Positions 13,104 through 25,140 of a stretch of DNA of 64,000 nucleotides are shown here, one piece after another; positions within the stretch are counted from its first letter, which is position 1, and every line of letters begins with the position of its first letter. Below the pieces are notes generated by a model. The model was given only the letters and a program-made list of their open reading frames with translations, did no database searches and was not told the DNA's origin. The stretch spans positions 19,284,001-19,348,000 of the forward strand of contig CM119371.1 of NCBI GenBank assembly GCA_051294905.1, given 5' to 3'. The translations under genes were made by a program, and so were the position numbers. Source of the DNA: Botryllus schlosseri. Its lineage: Eukaryota.

Positions 13104-14589
13104 TACTTATAGAAACCTGTGCTAGTATTTGCATAATTAGAATACTGTTGTTGCCTATCGTTAACCACACAATAATGCCGGCTCCTAACACTGTTAACTC
13201 ACACACGTTCGTGAAAACTATATATATGAGTTAATCCTTTTTCGAACAATTTAATTTCTTGATTGGGTCAACATGTCACCACCTCATGTATCTTATGTTA
13301 TATAATATGGGTTGCTTTATGTTGAGTACATGCATGTTAAATTCAAGAGCCTAGTGCAGTATCCTGCTATTTCACCGACCTAAAATCAATGTGAATCCCT
13401 GCGCATTGGTCTATACCAGACTTAGGCGAACTACACCCCGCAGGCCGCATGTGCCCCGTTATAACATTTTTGCAGTCCGCGAAATCCCCAATTAACTTAT
13501 AAAAGACAGTAATAAATGCTTAGCAAGAATTAAATTACTGCAGCAATTTGAACAAGATTTCTCCTAATATATTTCATCATGATATTGAAAGGTTTTTGTT
13601 GTTAAACATTCCAGAAAGTCAAAACCGTAAACGACTTTAATCGGATCATATGCATGGGATTTTGTATTGGCGACAGCTTCGCGCCCCCTTCAGATGCTCT
13701 CATGCCTACCAAGGGGGGTGTGCCAACCAGTTTGAGCGCCACTGATCTAATGGAAATTGTATCAATCCCGTACCATATGCACGACAAAATTACATTCGCA
13801 GTACATGAATAGTTATGTTTTAGTATACGATGTCATTCTGTTTTGCTATGTAACTGTTGAACAATCATGGCATAACGGTCGCTAATTATTAAACAATTAG
13901 CGGCATTGTCTCCAAGTCTAAACGAGAGTAGAGAGCAGCCAAAGCCTGCGACGCGATAGTTCAGGCCAGCGACACGACATCTTGCACACGAGGCCTATTA
14001 CAGATGCGACTGCTCAAGCCAACGGTTATATCGTGCGCACCAGGCCTGCTGGAGATGTGACTGATTACGCCAGCGATTATATCTTGAGCACATGGCGTGT
14101 TGTTGATGCGATAGTCCGTTCGGGCCTATCATTGACGCGAAGAATTAGCGGGGACTGCCACGCGCGTGTAGAGCCGTCAATGACCTAATTTAGCTCGTGT
14201 ACAGACTACGGTGGCTCAGCAGGAGATCACATCAGACTTGACAACTAGATAATTCAATAATGCAATATCGAGACAAGATAGGCCACACAGTTGAGCAATC
14301 CCGTTTTTACAACTTTACGTATGTACAATGCGATGGTCACTAACATGGGCGATGGGCATGGTTATTACAAAAGAAGTAATATTTTATTATAGAAGTACAA
14401 CAACAAATAGCATGATCATGAACAGGCCGTGTGTAGGTGACCACTGGTATAGTGCAAAACAAGTCAAGCTTGGTGTACATACGTAAACCATTCTAATGCT
14501 CATCAGAAAGCATTGTGATTTAATATGAACCTAACTTGATTTTGCTGTATTTCTATCTCATGCACAATTTCATTCAATTTCGACGTTGT

Positions 14590-14770
14590 TGCTAATTCTG
14601 TAATTCTAAAACTTGTGTAGCTCTAATTCTAATTCTAATCTAATTTGGAAAAATCTGCATAGCTCTAATAACAATCTAATTTGGAAAAATCTGTATAGCT
14701 CTAATTCTAATCATAATCTAATTTGGAAAAATTGTGTACCTCTAATTCTAATTTTAATCTAATCTGGAAA
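14590..14770. repeat. Tandem repeat (CTCTAATTCTAATTCTAATCTAATTTGGAAAAA unit)
   Basis: About 4 copies; same array at 19330-19495; likely the subterminal array of a DNA transposon family. Confidence 0.75.
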
Positions 14771-15274
14771 TAACTGTTTAGGTAGTGCCACGTCAACCAG
14801 ACCGGATTTCAGGAATCATATCTCCAAGGCAGAATCTGTTGTATCGTGATGAATTTGGACATGATTCTGTTTGCTTGGAACAATTTCGTACTTTTACAAA
14901 CTACGGCATTTTCAAAATGCGCGACTGAAACTATTACCAATATTTTGAAATCGGCAACTAGGATTATACTAGCAGAACTACTCACGAAAACATAAGTTAG
15001 TTAGACCTACCCGGCAACCAATTATTTTGGTATTTTTTACAAGACCAGAATAGTAACACCTTCCCGACTTATAAATCTTCTCTTTTTTAATTACTGATCC
15101 TCCGGTTCTAACATCCTGGCAAACGATTTATGACTTATATTCTCTTGGTACTGTCCATTCTCCGTATTGTCTTGGTAACAGCATTCTCCGTATTGGCCTG
15201 TCACGCTGCATGGCAGAGGTATAAATATCGCAATGGACCGATGGTAACCATTAACCAAGTACGGATTTATCAAT

Positions 15275-16199
15275 CGGAGTTGAATCTATTGTAATTAGTA
15301 ATTGAGCTGAATGTGATTCATTACATTATTCTTGTAATTGTTATTGTAGCATTTTTATTTTGTAGAATTGTAATTTGATGAGATTTTTGCTGAATTACAG
15401 ATTTAATTACAGCACATCGTTATTGAGACCGGACAAGCACAACATAAAATAATGGTCGTTTATTACCGTGGTTTCACGCTCAACAAACAACCAGTGCTCA
15501 CCGTGACACCAATAACTGTGTCGCTTGCTACTTTAGCCTAGGATTATCTGTGTCTAGCAGCAACATCGGCCCCGTCAGAAAGAATATTTTCAATTGCATG
15601 TAATTATTTCACGGCAAAAAAGAAACTTACCGTACTGGGGCCCGAAACTTTTCGCACCCCGATTTTCATTGAATGCAATCGAACAGTTTTTGGGCAAAGT
15701 GAAAATGTAAAACAAAACCTTGTAATTTTTAGTCATCAGGAGCCTTTTGCCCTTTGCATGTATATTAGTTTTACACACCTCATCGCTCTCATCCTTATCG
15801 CTGACGCCTTATCAATCACATTTCAGCTTTGTGTATTCATTCGATTACATCTCGTCGTCTGTCTTGTAGCTTATTCGTTGTTAGTCGTTGCCAGTCGCTC
15901 AAACTCCAACAGTCGCTTGAAAATTTTTTGTTGTGTTTGTATTTTTCAGTACTCATGATTAGGGATAGTTCGTAAACGTTGGAGTTCTTAAAATTAAAGG
16001 GTTTTCTATGTATCATGAATTGAACAGGAATAGCATATGGTTGTTGCCCACGGTTGTCAAAGAGCACCTCTCTACCGGAGTTGAATTGATGATTAATCAA
16101 ATACATACCGTAGTTAACAATAACTGTAGTTTATTATTTTAGAATGGAACGGCATTGTAATTGTAATTGAACTGAATTAAAGTAATTGATCCAACTCCG
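15275..16199 (+). mobile_element. hAT deletion derivative retaining the transposase C-terminal dimerisation-domain remnant
   Basis: TIR CGGAGTTG / CAACTCCG; ~15520-15680 translates LATLA*DYLCLAATSAPSERIFSIACNYFTAKKK...LGPETF (hATC-like motif); degenerate TSD TTATCAAT / CTACCAAT. Confidence 0.8.
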
Positions 16200-16800
16200 C
16201 TACCAATCACAATGTACAACCCAAGCTCCATGTGAAGAGATGTTAACGGCTACCGCCTAAAAACAAATTCATCCACATATACTTTTGAAAGATTCGAATT
16301 GAAAAAAGCTTGATAACGGGGAAGATTTCATTTACCTAAAAAACAGAAGATTTTGACCTACAAAACGAAAATTTCGATATCTTTTTCCTCAAAAACTTAA
16401 TCCTAAAACTGACAAATCTTTACATGGAAAATAACTTTATCTAAACGAAATCTGGACCTATGAAGAATTCCGGTAGTTACATCAGGCTTTATGGTAGAAA
16501 TAATTGGAATTTGTTGTAGTACAACGAAAGATACTTTCCCGCATTCTCGAGTAGAAAGTTTCTGCCATACTAAATAGCTTGTCAAGTATGGAGAAAGAAC
16601 ATCTGTTGGCTGGCAACACTGAAGTTGTGCGGTACACTGCGGGTGACACAAAGTGTTGTTTCATTCTGAGTTCTGACAATGTTATGTTGTCTACACCACA
16701 ATTTTTCACAATGCGCTTCTCGATATAAGAACCATTGCCCAATGCCCATGATGTCTTGCTTCAGTTAGGATATTGCGGTACCGTACGTCGAGTATAGCAC

Positions 16801-17359
16801 CATAGTGTCCTAAATGGTGTCGACACAAGCAGATCTCACGGCTCAGTGAAATTGATTCACGTCACAATTTCCATTCGGCTACAGGCAATTTGACGGTCAT
16901 TTTTGACCGGCTTGCCGAGCATTAAATTTGGTAAAACGGATATCAATAGAAAGCTGACTCTGCACTGATTACGAAAATATAAATTTTATTCCGCTCGTGG
17001 CCCTGGAACTCCCACAATCAGCCTCGAATTTTTCATTGTTATGGAGATTGGCATTTGGATGCAACAATGTTGTCTGGCGAAACGAGAGAGTAGCTCAGAA
17101 CGCAACAATGCTGTCTGGCAAAACGAGAGAGTAGCTCAAGAGAAAAAGAGCCACACAGCATTGTTGCGTCCCAATGCCAATCTCCATAACAATGAAAAAT
17201 TTGAGGCTGATTGTGGGAGTTCCAGGGCCACGAGCGGAATAAAATTTATATTTTCGTAATCAGTGCAGAGTCAGCTTTCGATTGATACCCGTTTTACCAA
17301 ATTTAATGCTCGGCAAACTGGTCAAAAATGACCGTCAAATTGCCTGCATCCAAATGGAA
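16801..17359. mobile_element. Foldback MITE with long TIRs (CATAGTG-terminus family)
   Basis: ~16869-17078 is the reverse complement of ~17150-17359; the same 5' end CATAGTGTCCTA also occurs at 48347 and 49288, and a diverged version at 25141. Confidence 0.8.
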
Positions 17360-19647
17360 TAATTAGAATAGTAAGTGCAAAATGCCAGCAATATATTTCT
17401 AACTTAATTTCTGGTTTTGCTGAAAATTCTACAGTAGAACTCTACAACACTAAGCGAGTTGTGCAGATTCAATTTCCAAATTTTCACATATTCAGTAATC
17501 CCTATTCTGATATTATTGAAAAATAACCACCGTGTCTATAATTCTATTCTAATTTGTAAAAATATACAGCCATAATTATCATCATAGTCTAATTTTGAAA
17601 AGCTGATTTTCTAGTTGTCCAATTCTGACTACAGCATAGGCTACTGGATCTCGTAATAAAAATAATTGACGAGGAATTGGATGTGTGGTTAGTGTGTTCA
17701 AACACGAGGTGAAATACTCAAGACATTCCAGAGAAGTGATTTTGAACATTCCAGAGAAGTGATTTTGAACAATCTGTCTGCGCTGAAGTCGTGCTCGGTT
17801 GTGCCGTCACGTTATCGGTGTCGCTAACCTCCAGGGTATATTCCAATGGATTGATTTGCTCTGTCTTTGACCAATCTACTGGCACTCTCTCTTCTGCTAG
17901 GCTCTCTAACATCTGGAGGGTAGCAAGAACATCGAGGTATGGATCCATTGTTATTCTCAGTCGATATTGCACTATATTAATGTAGCTCTCTATAAAACAG
18001 GTTGTATTGAATTTTATGGTTGACCAAATTCTTGATAAACTGAAGTGGGGTTTGGCTGTCAACAAACAAGATTACTCGAATGGGTAACAGCAGATAACTT
18101 TGCATTGCAAAATTGTAACATAAATGTATTACAGCACTTGAGCACATGTATGCATATGACTTATTATATGATAACATCGTCACATTGCACAACAGTTAGA
18201 TCCTTGCAATGGCTGAAATTTACTTCTACACTCCTGCAGAGCCAATTGTCATAGGTTTGGAGAAATCAAAATCGTATGCAAATGTGTGTGCATGAACTCA
18301 GATTGTATATAATCACATTGGTGAAGCGGCTATCATGACTACGTGAAGCGGCTATCATGACTAATGCATCAATAAACGGAAAATAAAATTATATCTGAAA
18401 GTATCTATCTAGTTCTAGATATCCCTGAGTAATGAGATAAATGTCCTGCAATATACGAAATTTGCAGTAGAGTTTCTGGCACAGCAATACCGGTATAAGA
18501 CGATGATTTTGGTACGCTATTCCTACAATACCTCTTTTCATAACCTCAAAATGTTTGTTCTGACGGGTTCTGACGTTCATAACCTTACACTGTGCAGTAG
18601 CAACAGTTTAGTTAGCTGCTATACGCACATGACATCAACTAAACATTCATATCTATGAACAGCGCATCTCTCCCTTATGACGACACAGTTCATATCGCCA
18701 CCGACCGAAAACAGCTGATTGCTAACGTACGTCATTTGCGTCGATTTGCGTCAGTAATCCGCGATAAGATAACTCACAGGCGAATCCGTATCTGTACCAC
18801 AGAGTCACCAGGTGACCTTGCTCGCTGAATAAATTATCGCCGATTAAGGCAATCGGTGATTACTTTTCAATCGGCATCTGTGCAATCCACCCCTAGTGCC
18901 AACTGCCAATCCGCCATCGCATTACTTACAGTACACAGCACGTACGATCATGGTAGTAATTGTGACGAATAATAATGAACCATGCGTTAGTGCAACGCCG
19001 AAGCAGCTTCTGCTGGTGCGGAATAGTGTTGTTGGGCACAGGCAAATATATTATTTTGAAAAAAAAAAATTTGAAACTGAAATCAATTTCATGATTTCAC
19101 AATGCTTTACTTCGCGTTCTTCCAAAATCCAAAATCAGATCGCCGGCCGCATGTGGCGCGCGCGTCTTGGTGAACCTTGGTTACTGCAAAACGAGCCAAA
19201 CTTGGTGTACAGACCATTCTCATGCGTTTGGGAACGCACTGTGATTTGATATGAACTGAGACTGATTTTTGCTGTATTAATTTCTCATTTACAATTTCAT
19301 TCAATTTTCAAGTTTTTCCGAATTCAGTAATTCTGATTTAGAAAAAGCTGTGTAATCTAATCTAATTTGGAAAAATTTTGTTGCTCTAATTCTAATTCTA
19401 ATCTAATTTGGAAAAAATTGTGTAGCTCTAATTCTAATTCTAATCTAATTTGGAAAAAACTGTGTAGCTCTAATTCTAATTCTAATCTAATTAGAAGAAG
19501 CTGAAAATTTTGTAGTTGTACAAGTCTGCATAATACTGAAATGTTGGATTGGAATTAGCAATATGACGTCACAGGAAAATGACGGTGAGCTAATTCTAAT
19601 CTGATTTGTGAAATGATTCTATGCCAGTGATTCACAACCGCTGCTTC

Positions 19648-19928
19648 GTGGAGCGAGATAGCGCAGTGGTTTAATCCGCGGCTGCAACACCAACGGGTGC
19701 GGGTTCGAGTCCGACCGAGGTCGACTTCTGAATTCCGATACCTAAGTGTTGGAGGTTTACCTAGGCTCCTCCTCGCCACCTCATCCGCGTCAGCGGTGTC
19801 TTACAAAAGCCTAGAGGTGGGCCTTGCTATAAGTCGGCCGTTACGGAAAATAAGAAGAATATCGGCCTGGTGTAAATAACCATAGTAGTCGACAAACACC
19901 ATGAATACCCCAAAACAAACAAACAAAA
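19648..19928 (+). mobile_element. tRNA-derived SINE, family B, full length
   Basis: A-box TAGCGCAGTGG, B-box GGTTCGAGTCC, (AAAC)n tail, 12-bp TSD AACCGCTGCTTC (19636-19647, 19929-19940). Confidence 0.9.
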
Positions 19929-20968
19929 AACCGCTGCTTCAAGCTACCCTTCTTGCGCCTCTGATTGACCTATGAATATGCCACAAAATATAATAGACAA
20001 TTTTTGCTTATTTCTATCAATAGTTACAGTCGATCTTTGTATATGAATGCTAAAATAGTTGATATACCATACAAGAAGTCGAAATGGTACAGGCACCACT
20101 GATTTCATTCGCTCACTAGAACGCAATAAGAGTAGCCTATTTCACTATTGAATATTACCGTACCGGTACTCCGTTACTACTTTGACAAATGAGGTTCGCA
20201 TTAGTATCCTTGGGGCTGACCTGCCCTATCGTATGCTGTGAGTCAAATTATCCTGATCAAAATCGATCTATGAATGATGCCGGTATTACGGTATTACGGC
20301 TACATAACTGAATTACTCTTTTGAAATCTGATTAGCTGACACAAGCAAGAATTGCCTTCCAATACGTATACAAACAACTTTGACTGTGTAGATTGGCACA
20401 GTGAGAAGTGTGATGTCAATAAAATTTAAATGGGGTCAAAAAACGCATCGAAATTATGGAAGTATACATTATACAAGCAACAGACACACACCCATGCAAT
20501 CTTAGCTTTGTTTGTGTTCACAGGTGAAACTTCATCAATTAATTTTCTCAATAGTGTTGGCACTTATTATCAGATACTATGATGAGAGCTAACACCTCTT
20601 TATTCACTGGTTCAACAAGCAGGCCACCGGTTCATCAGTTACATGATTGCTGCTGAATATTTCTCTGGCAATTTCAGCACATTCATGCAGAACTTCATTC
20701 TCCAAAGCTACACTGATTAGGCTATCACATTTCTCATTAAGACAACTGATTTGCCTTGTGCCGATGTCTACTAGTACATTAAAACCCGTTTCGGCCATTT
20801 CAGTTGTGGAGTTCTGTAAATGAACTCCTAGTGCTTGGATTACTCAGTGCCCAGATTACCAGACCTTTGATTAGCCTACGCAAAAGTAATAACGCGCAAA
20901 TATTGATTCTCGGAGTACAGAACTTCAATATTGCAGCAAACAATACATTCATATTGCAAATTTATTCC

Positions 20969-21002
20969 ACTCGAAGCTTTTCGACTGGCCCTTTTCAGAA
21001 GT
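20969..21002 (-). ncRNA. Degenerate minimal hammerhead ribozyme (core G8 changed to A) in a second PLE 3' end
   Basis: Reverse complement reads ACTT CTGAAAA GGGCCAGTC GAA AAGCTT C GAGT, then AATAAA and a tail sharing TATTGAAGTTCTGTAC with the 24.2-kb PLE. Confidence 0.55.
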
Positions 21003-24000
21003 AACTTCATTTACTTGCGATCACTGTTCTCATTGCTTTAATCGTGATGCATCGTTTGCCCTGCGTATTCCTGGTGGGAATTGTAAGAGATTGTAACCGC
21101 GGCGCTGGAATTTCGTTCAACATTTTTATATCACCAATTCACCATTCGATTTCTGGAGACTGGGGCTGGGGCCTTTTGCGTCAGAGTGATATAAGAAGTA
21201 GTGCGACCATATATATTTGAATTCTAGTATTCGTGTAGCTATGTCTCCATGTATTTTACATGTAGCGGTTTCTGATTATCGTTTCCACCTCTCTGAATAA
21301 CGATTATTTGGTCCATTTTTACAAGAAAACTCCGAACAGAGTGTGTACTTATTTGCCTCCCCACAATGTAGTGTCCATGCACCGCCTTGTTCCTGATAGT
21401 TACTTGAGTGAGAACTCAACACTGTCGATAGATGGTTATAAATTGGCTGATGAACATGTTCGACATTTACTTCTATTAGAAATGTGCTGTAAAATTACAA
21501 TATTTCTTCAATTTAGTCAGAATGACCTCACGGGCCGGATGAAATGGTCTGGCGGGCCGAATGCGGCCCGTGGGTCGTATGTTTGACACCCCTGCTGTAC
21601 ATGAACTGGGATGTGATGTGAGTAATGTTATACCCCGGGTATACAATTATACAAGCTTGGGCAGAAGAAACAGTTACATCAATCACATTAAATTATGTTT
21701 TGTTAGTATGCATTAGTAGTATTACATAGTAATAATGCTATACTACCTATCGGTACATTTGAATAAATGTATCATTCAGAATCCAGGTGGTACAAAATGC
21801 AGTAAAAAAAACAAATAGGCGATACGTTGTTGGAAAAAGTGTGAGAAACACCGGTAAAGAAGGTGAGTTTAGGAGGCAGAGTAAAGCAGCCGGCATGACA
21901 CTTTAACCCTACCTCGGAAATCATGTGCCCTTAAGAGGCTTTTACACACATGCATGGCCCATACAAGTTTGATACCAATTCTAGAGCAAAGATGTAAGGG
22001 GGCCTGGAACCATCATGAAACGCAGTAATCACATCCAGAGTTAGCCATGTGCACCAAATGATGGTCACTGCTGTACCGTCGTCATTGGGACCACTTCTCA
22101 ATATATTATGTGCACATAAGAACACAAATATATCATATGCTTTTATGACAAGCGCCAGTGAGCGGAAGAGAAGAACACGGACTTAACACATGCAATCTGG
22201 CGTACATAGAGATATAGATATTTGTTGACTAGGTCTACTTTTAGCAAACATAGGCTTACGTTAAACGCAAGTAACTTTATGGCTGTATGCCACATATACA
22301 CTGTGATTTGAATCACCATCGGCTCGAATGCTGTAAGTCACATGAATGATAATCATCATGAACCAATGGCATAAAAACATTAAAATCGGGCGAAATATAG
22401 GAAAATACGCGTCTGGCCTCACACTGGCAATTATAAAGTATAAATATTGACACGGGATTACTGTATCATCTGGCAATGCCAGTTACTCTGTGTAGAACTC
22501 CCTTCACTAATACTTTCCCCTGCGCATTTTTCGGCCAACTCATTTATAATGCACTATGGACTCACAGCTTCCGAAATGGTAATTCCATGCCAAATGAGCA
22601 AATTTATTTTCAGATAAGCACCACGGTTAGTGAATTTCTATAAAATTTGACACACTGATTCATCTGCCAGCACCATGGAAACCAAAATAAATCTCGAATT
22701 CGACCTGATGACGGAGTTATCCTCCTCACGAAATTGTGATTGTTCGAGAATTGTTTGAGCTGTTTGAGAATTTTCGGGGAAAATTTGGATTCAGTATAGG
22801 CCTATAGCCGACTATTGCATCGATCAGCTCAATTTTATAGACCTTCCCCAATCTTGATGCAACCCCCTGGTTTGTATCCAGCGGAATTGCGCATATTCTG
22901 GCGTACGTAGACAACAAACTCTTTTACAAATCACAAAAGCAGAATGAAATTATTCCGTCGGAGACCGAAGTGCATTTGTGATATCTTTGGAACTATTCTA
23001 TTGGACGAATCAGAATCAGTTCGTAGAATGCCTAGAAGACGTATGCACAGTGCACACATCAACGATAGTAACAATCACATTCAGCCAGGCTACTGGACTG
23101 TTTATGCAGCGGTCCGGTTACAAAAGTTCGATATTAGCTTTGATCCGTTATAATTGTCATGAAATAATTTACATTCGTACAAATGTGAGACTCTGTAACT
23201 ACAGACTAAATTCGTAAATAGCTGGTTTGTGGTACAGATCTTGAATATAGCTTTCAATACAACATCAACTAAATTCGCTAACTTGCTATTATAGCAATTA
23301 AACAAACAATTAAGTGTGAAATGGAGCTAATGTTCTGTTAGTCAGAACTATGGGGGAATTGGCATTTTCTATTTCTTGCTAATTCTTCAAATCCTGGTTT
23401 TAAAGTGGTGAGATCGAGTCCACGGCCGTAGTGAAGGTTTTACTGGAAATACTTTATACTCGTTAGAGATCAGACACTTTTTCTTTATGAAGATCATGTT
23501 TGAAAACGGTGACTCCCTCGCAGCTTTAACTATAGACCCAGAAATGGCGAGAATTTGCACTCCTATTTTTTTGCAAATAAACGATGATCGATTTGTTAGA
23601 AGTTAAAAAGCATGTAGCCCACTACTAAGCCGGACTAGAAGCAGTGGTTGTTTACGCCAATAAGAGCGTGTGACGTTACCAGTGTTACCACCAATTCAAC
23701 TCATGGCTACAAAGTAAATCGACGAATAACGTCCGCATCAGGACCCTTGCTACGCTTTCGGATGCTACGAGTCAGATTATCCTGATCAAAATCGATGTAT
23801 GAACGATGCCTGTGCTATGATTATATAACTAAATTACTCATATGAAACCTGATTAGAGTGATTAGCTGACACTAGTAATAACAATTTCTCTAAAATTGAC
23901 ATAAGCTGCGCTTTCGCTTGTATCCTCATAGGGAATTCCCCGAGTCATCCGTATGACGTTTGCGTCATCTGGTGTCCAATGGTCAGTGAAATTATACTAC

Positions 24001-24241
24001 TTCTTCTCTGTGTGGTATTATCATTTGTGTATTATTATTATTATCCTCATCATTATTGGGTTGGAGATTTATAAGAATAATCTCATTCTAAAAGCTCCAA
24101 TCTCCACGTCCAGTACTGGCAAGTCGGTTTCTGCTGTCGGTATCTGAAACTTTGGTACGGCACTGAAACCATTATTTGAAGAGCTTCTTGGAGGTACAGA
24201 ACTTCAATATACAATTAAATAGTATATTCATATTGAAATGA

Positions 24242-24285
24242 ACCCGAATATTTTCGGCTGACACTCGTCAGGGGTAATCGTCAGC
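24242..24285 (-). ncRNA. Minimal type I hammerhead ribozyme
   Basis: Reverse complement reads GCTGACGATT ACCC CTGACGA GTGTCAGCC GAA AATATT C GGGT. Confidence 0.8.
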
Positions 24286-25018
24286 AACTAGTAGAGAATT
24301 GGAAAGAACATTGTATATCAACAATCGTATCACAAAATATGACGTCACCAGCATGAAATTTCGAATGAGAGAGCGTTCAATGTACTATTTTTAGGTGATA
24401 CACGAACTCCTTTTGTTGACAGAGTTTTGGTTGATGTATTTTGATAAAAGTTGATTCCAAGGCACACAAATGGAATTGTGAACGGCCTCGACCTACGATT
24501 CGAAATCGGTCGTCTCGATAATTATTCGCACAAATCGGATTATCCAACAGATGTTTGCCGATGGCAGAATTAATGGCCTTTGATCGATCAGCATCAATCT
24601 TAAGTGGATGAGTTAAGGGTGAGCTTTTCACATCGCGTGATCAGAACACGTGCGTCACGCGATGTGAAAAGCTCACCCTTAACTCATCCACTTAAGATTG
24701 ATGCTGATCGATCAAAGGCCATTAATTCTGCCATCGGCAAACATCTGTTGGATAATCCGATTTGTGCGAATAATTGTCGAGACGACCGATTTCGAATCGT
24801 AGGTCGAGGCCGTTCACAATTCCATTTGTGTGCCTTGGAATCAACTTTTATCAAAATACATCAACCAAAACTCTGTCAACAAAAGGAGTTCGTGTATCAC
24901 CTAAAAATAGTACATTGAACGCTCTCTCATTCGAAATTTCATGCTGGTGACCAGTGACGTCATATTTTGTGATACGATTGTTGATATATACAATGTTCTT
25001 TCCAATTCTCTACTAGTT

Positions 25019-25062
25019 GCTGACGATTACCCCTGATGAGTGTCAGCCGAAAATATTCGGGT
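25019..25062 (+). ncRNA. Minimal type I hammerhead ribozyme
   Basis: GCTGACGATT ACCC CTGATGA GTGTCAGCC GAA AATATT C GGGT: canonical core and palindromic stem III AAUAUU; predicted cleavage after C25058. Confidence 0.8.
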
Positions 25063-25140
25063 TCATTTCAATATGAATATACTATTTAATTGAAACCATT
25101 ATGTTCTATCAAATATAAGTGGGGAAGGGCAACGTCGAAC

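Larger units (their letters stand above)
24176..25090. mobile_element. Penelope-like element: inverted pair of 3' ends (GIY-YIG endonuclease C-terminus plus pLTR)
   Basis: 24212-24640 and 24655-25092 are near-perfect inverted repeats, each encoding SAIGKHLLDNPICA...F+IVGRGRS..HL..LESTFIK..QPKLCQQKEF. Direct repeat TGAAACCATTAT at 24164-24175 and 25091-25102. Confidence 0.88.

Noticed and set aside
17718..18065. 115-aa ORF
   Set aside because: No recognisable domain, non-ATG start in the track, and no supporting homology within the window.
14233..19528. Single large element bounded by CAGACTTG(T)ACAACT inverted ends
   Set aside because: No matching TSD, and the two subterminal arrays are in the same orientation; more likely separate fragments.
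19648..19722. Possible tRNA gene (also 4770-4839, 53205-53281)
   Set aside because: A/B boxes present but no proper cloverleaf; each continues into a SINE body and simple-repeat tail.
19762..19790. CTCCTCGC motif resembling HDV ribozyme L3
   Set aside because: No P3 pairing around the loop and no P1/P1.1/J4-2 elements.
22700..22745. CTGATGA-CGGAG...CTCC-TCAC-GAAA hammerhead-like motif
   Set aside because: Extra bases between the hairpin and GAAA, no stem I/III, and not conserved in the duplicate near 1950.
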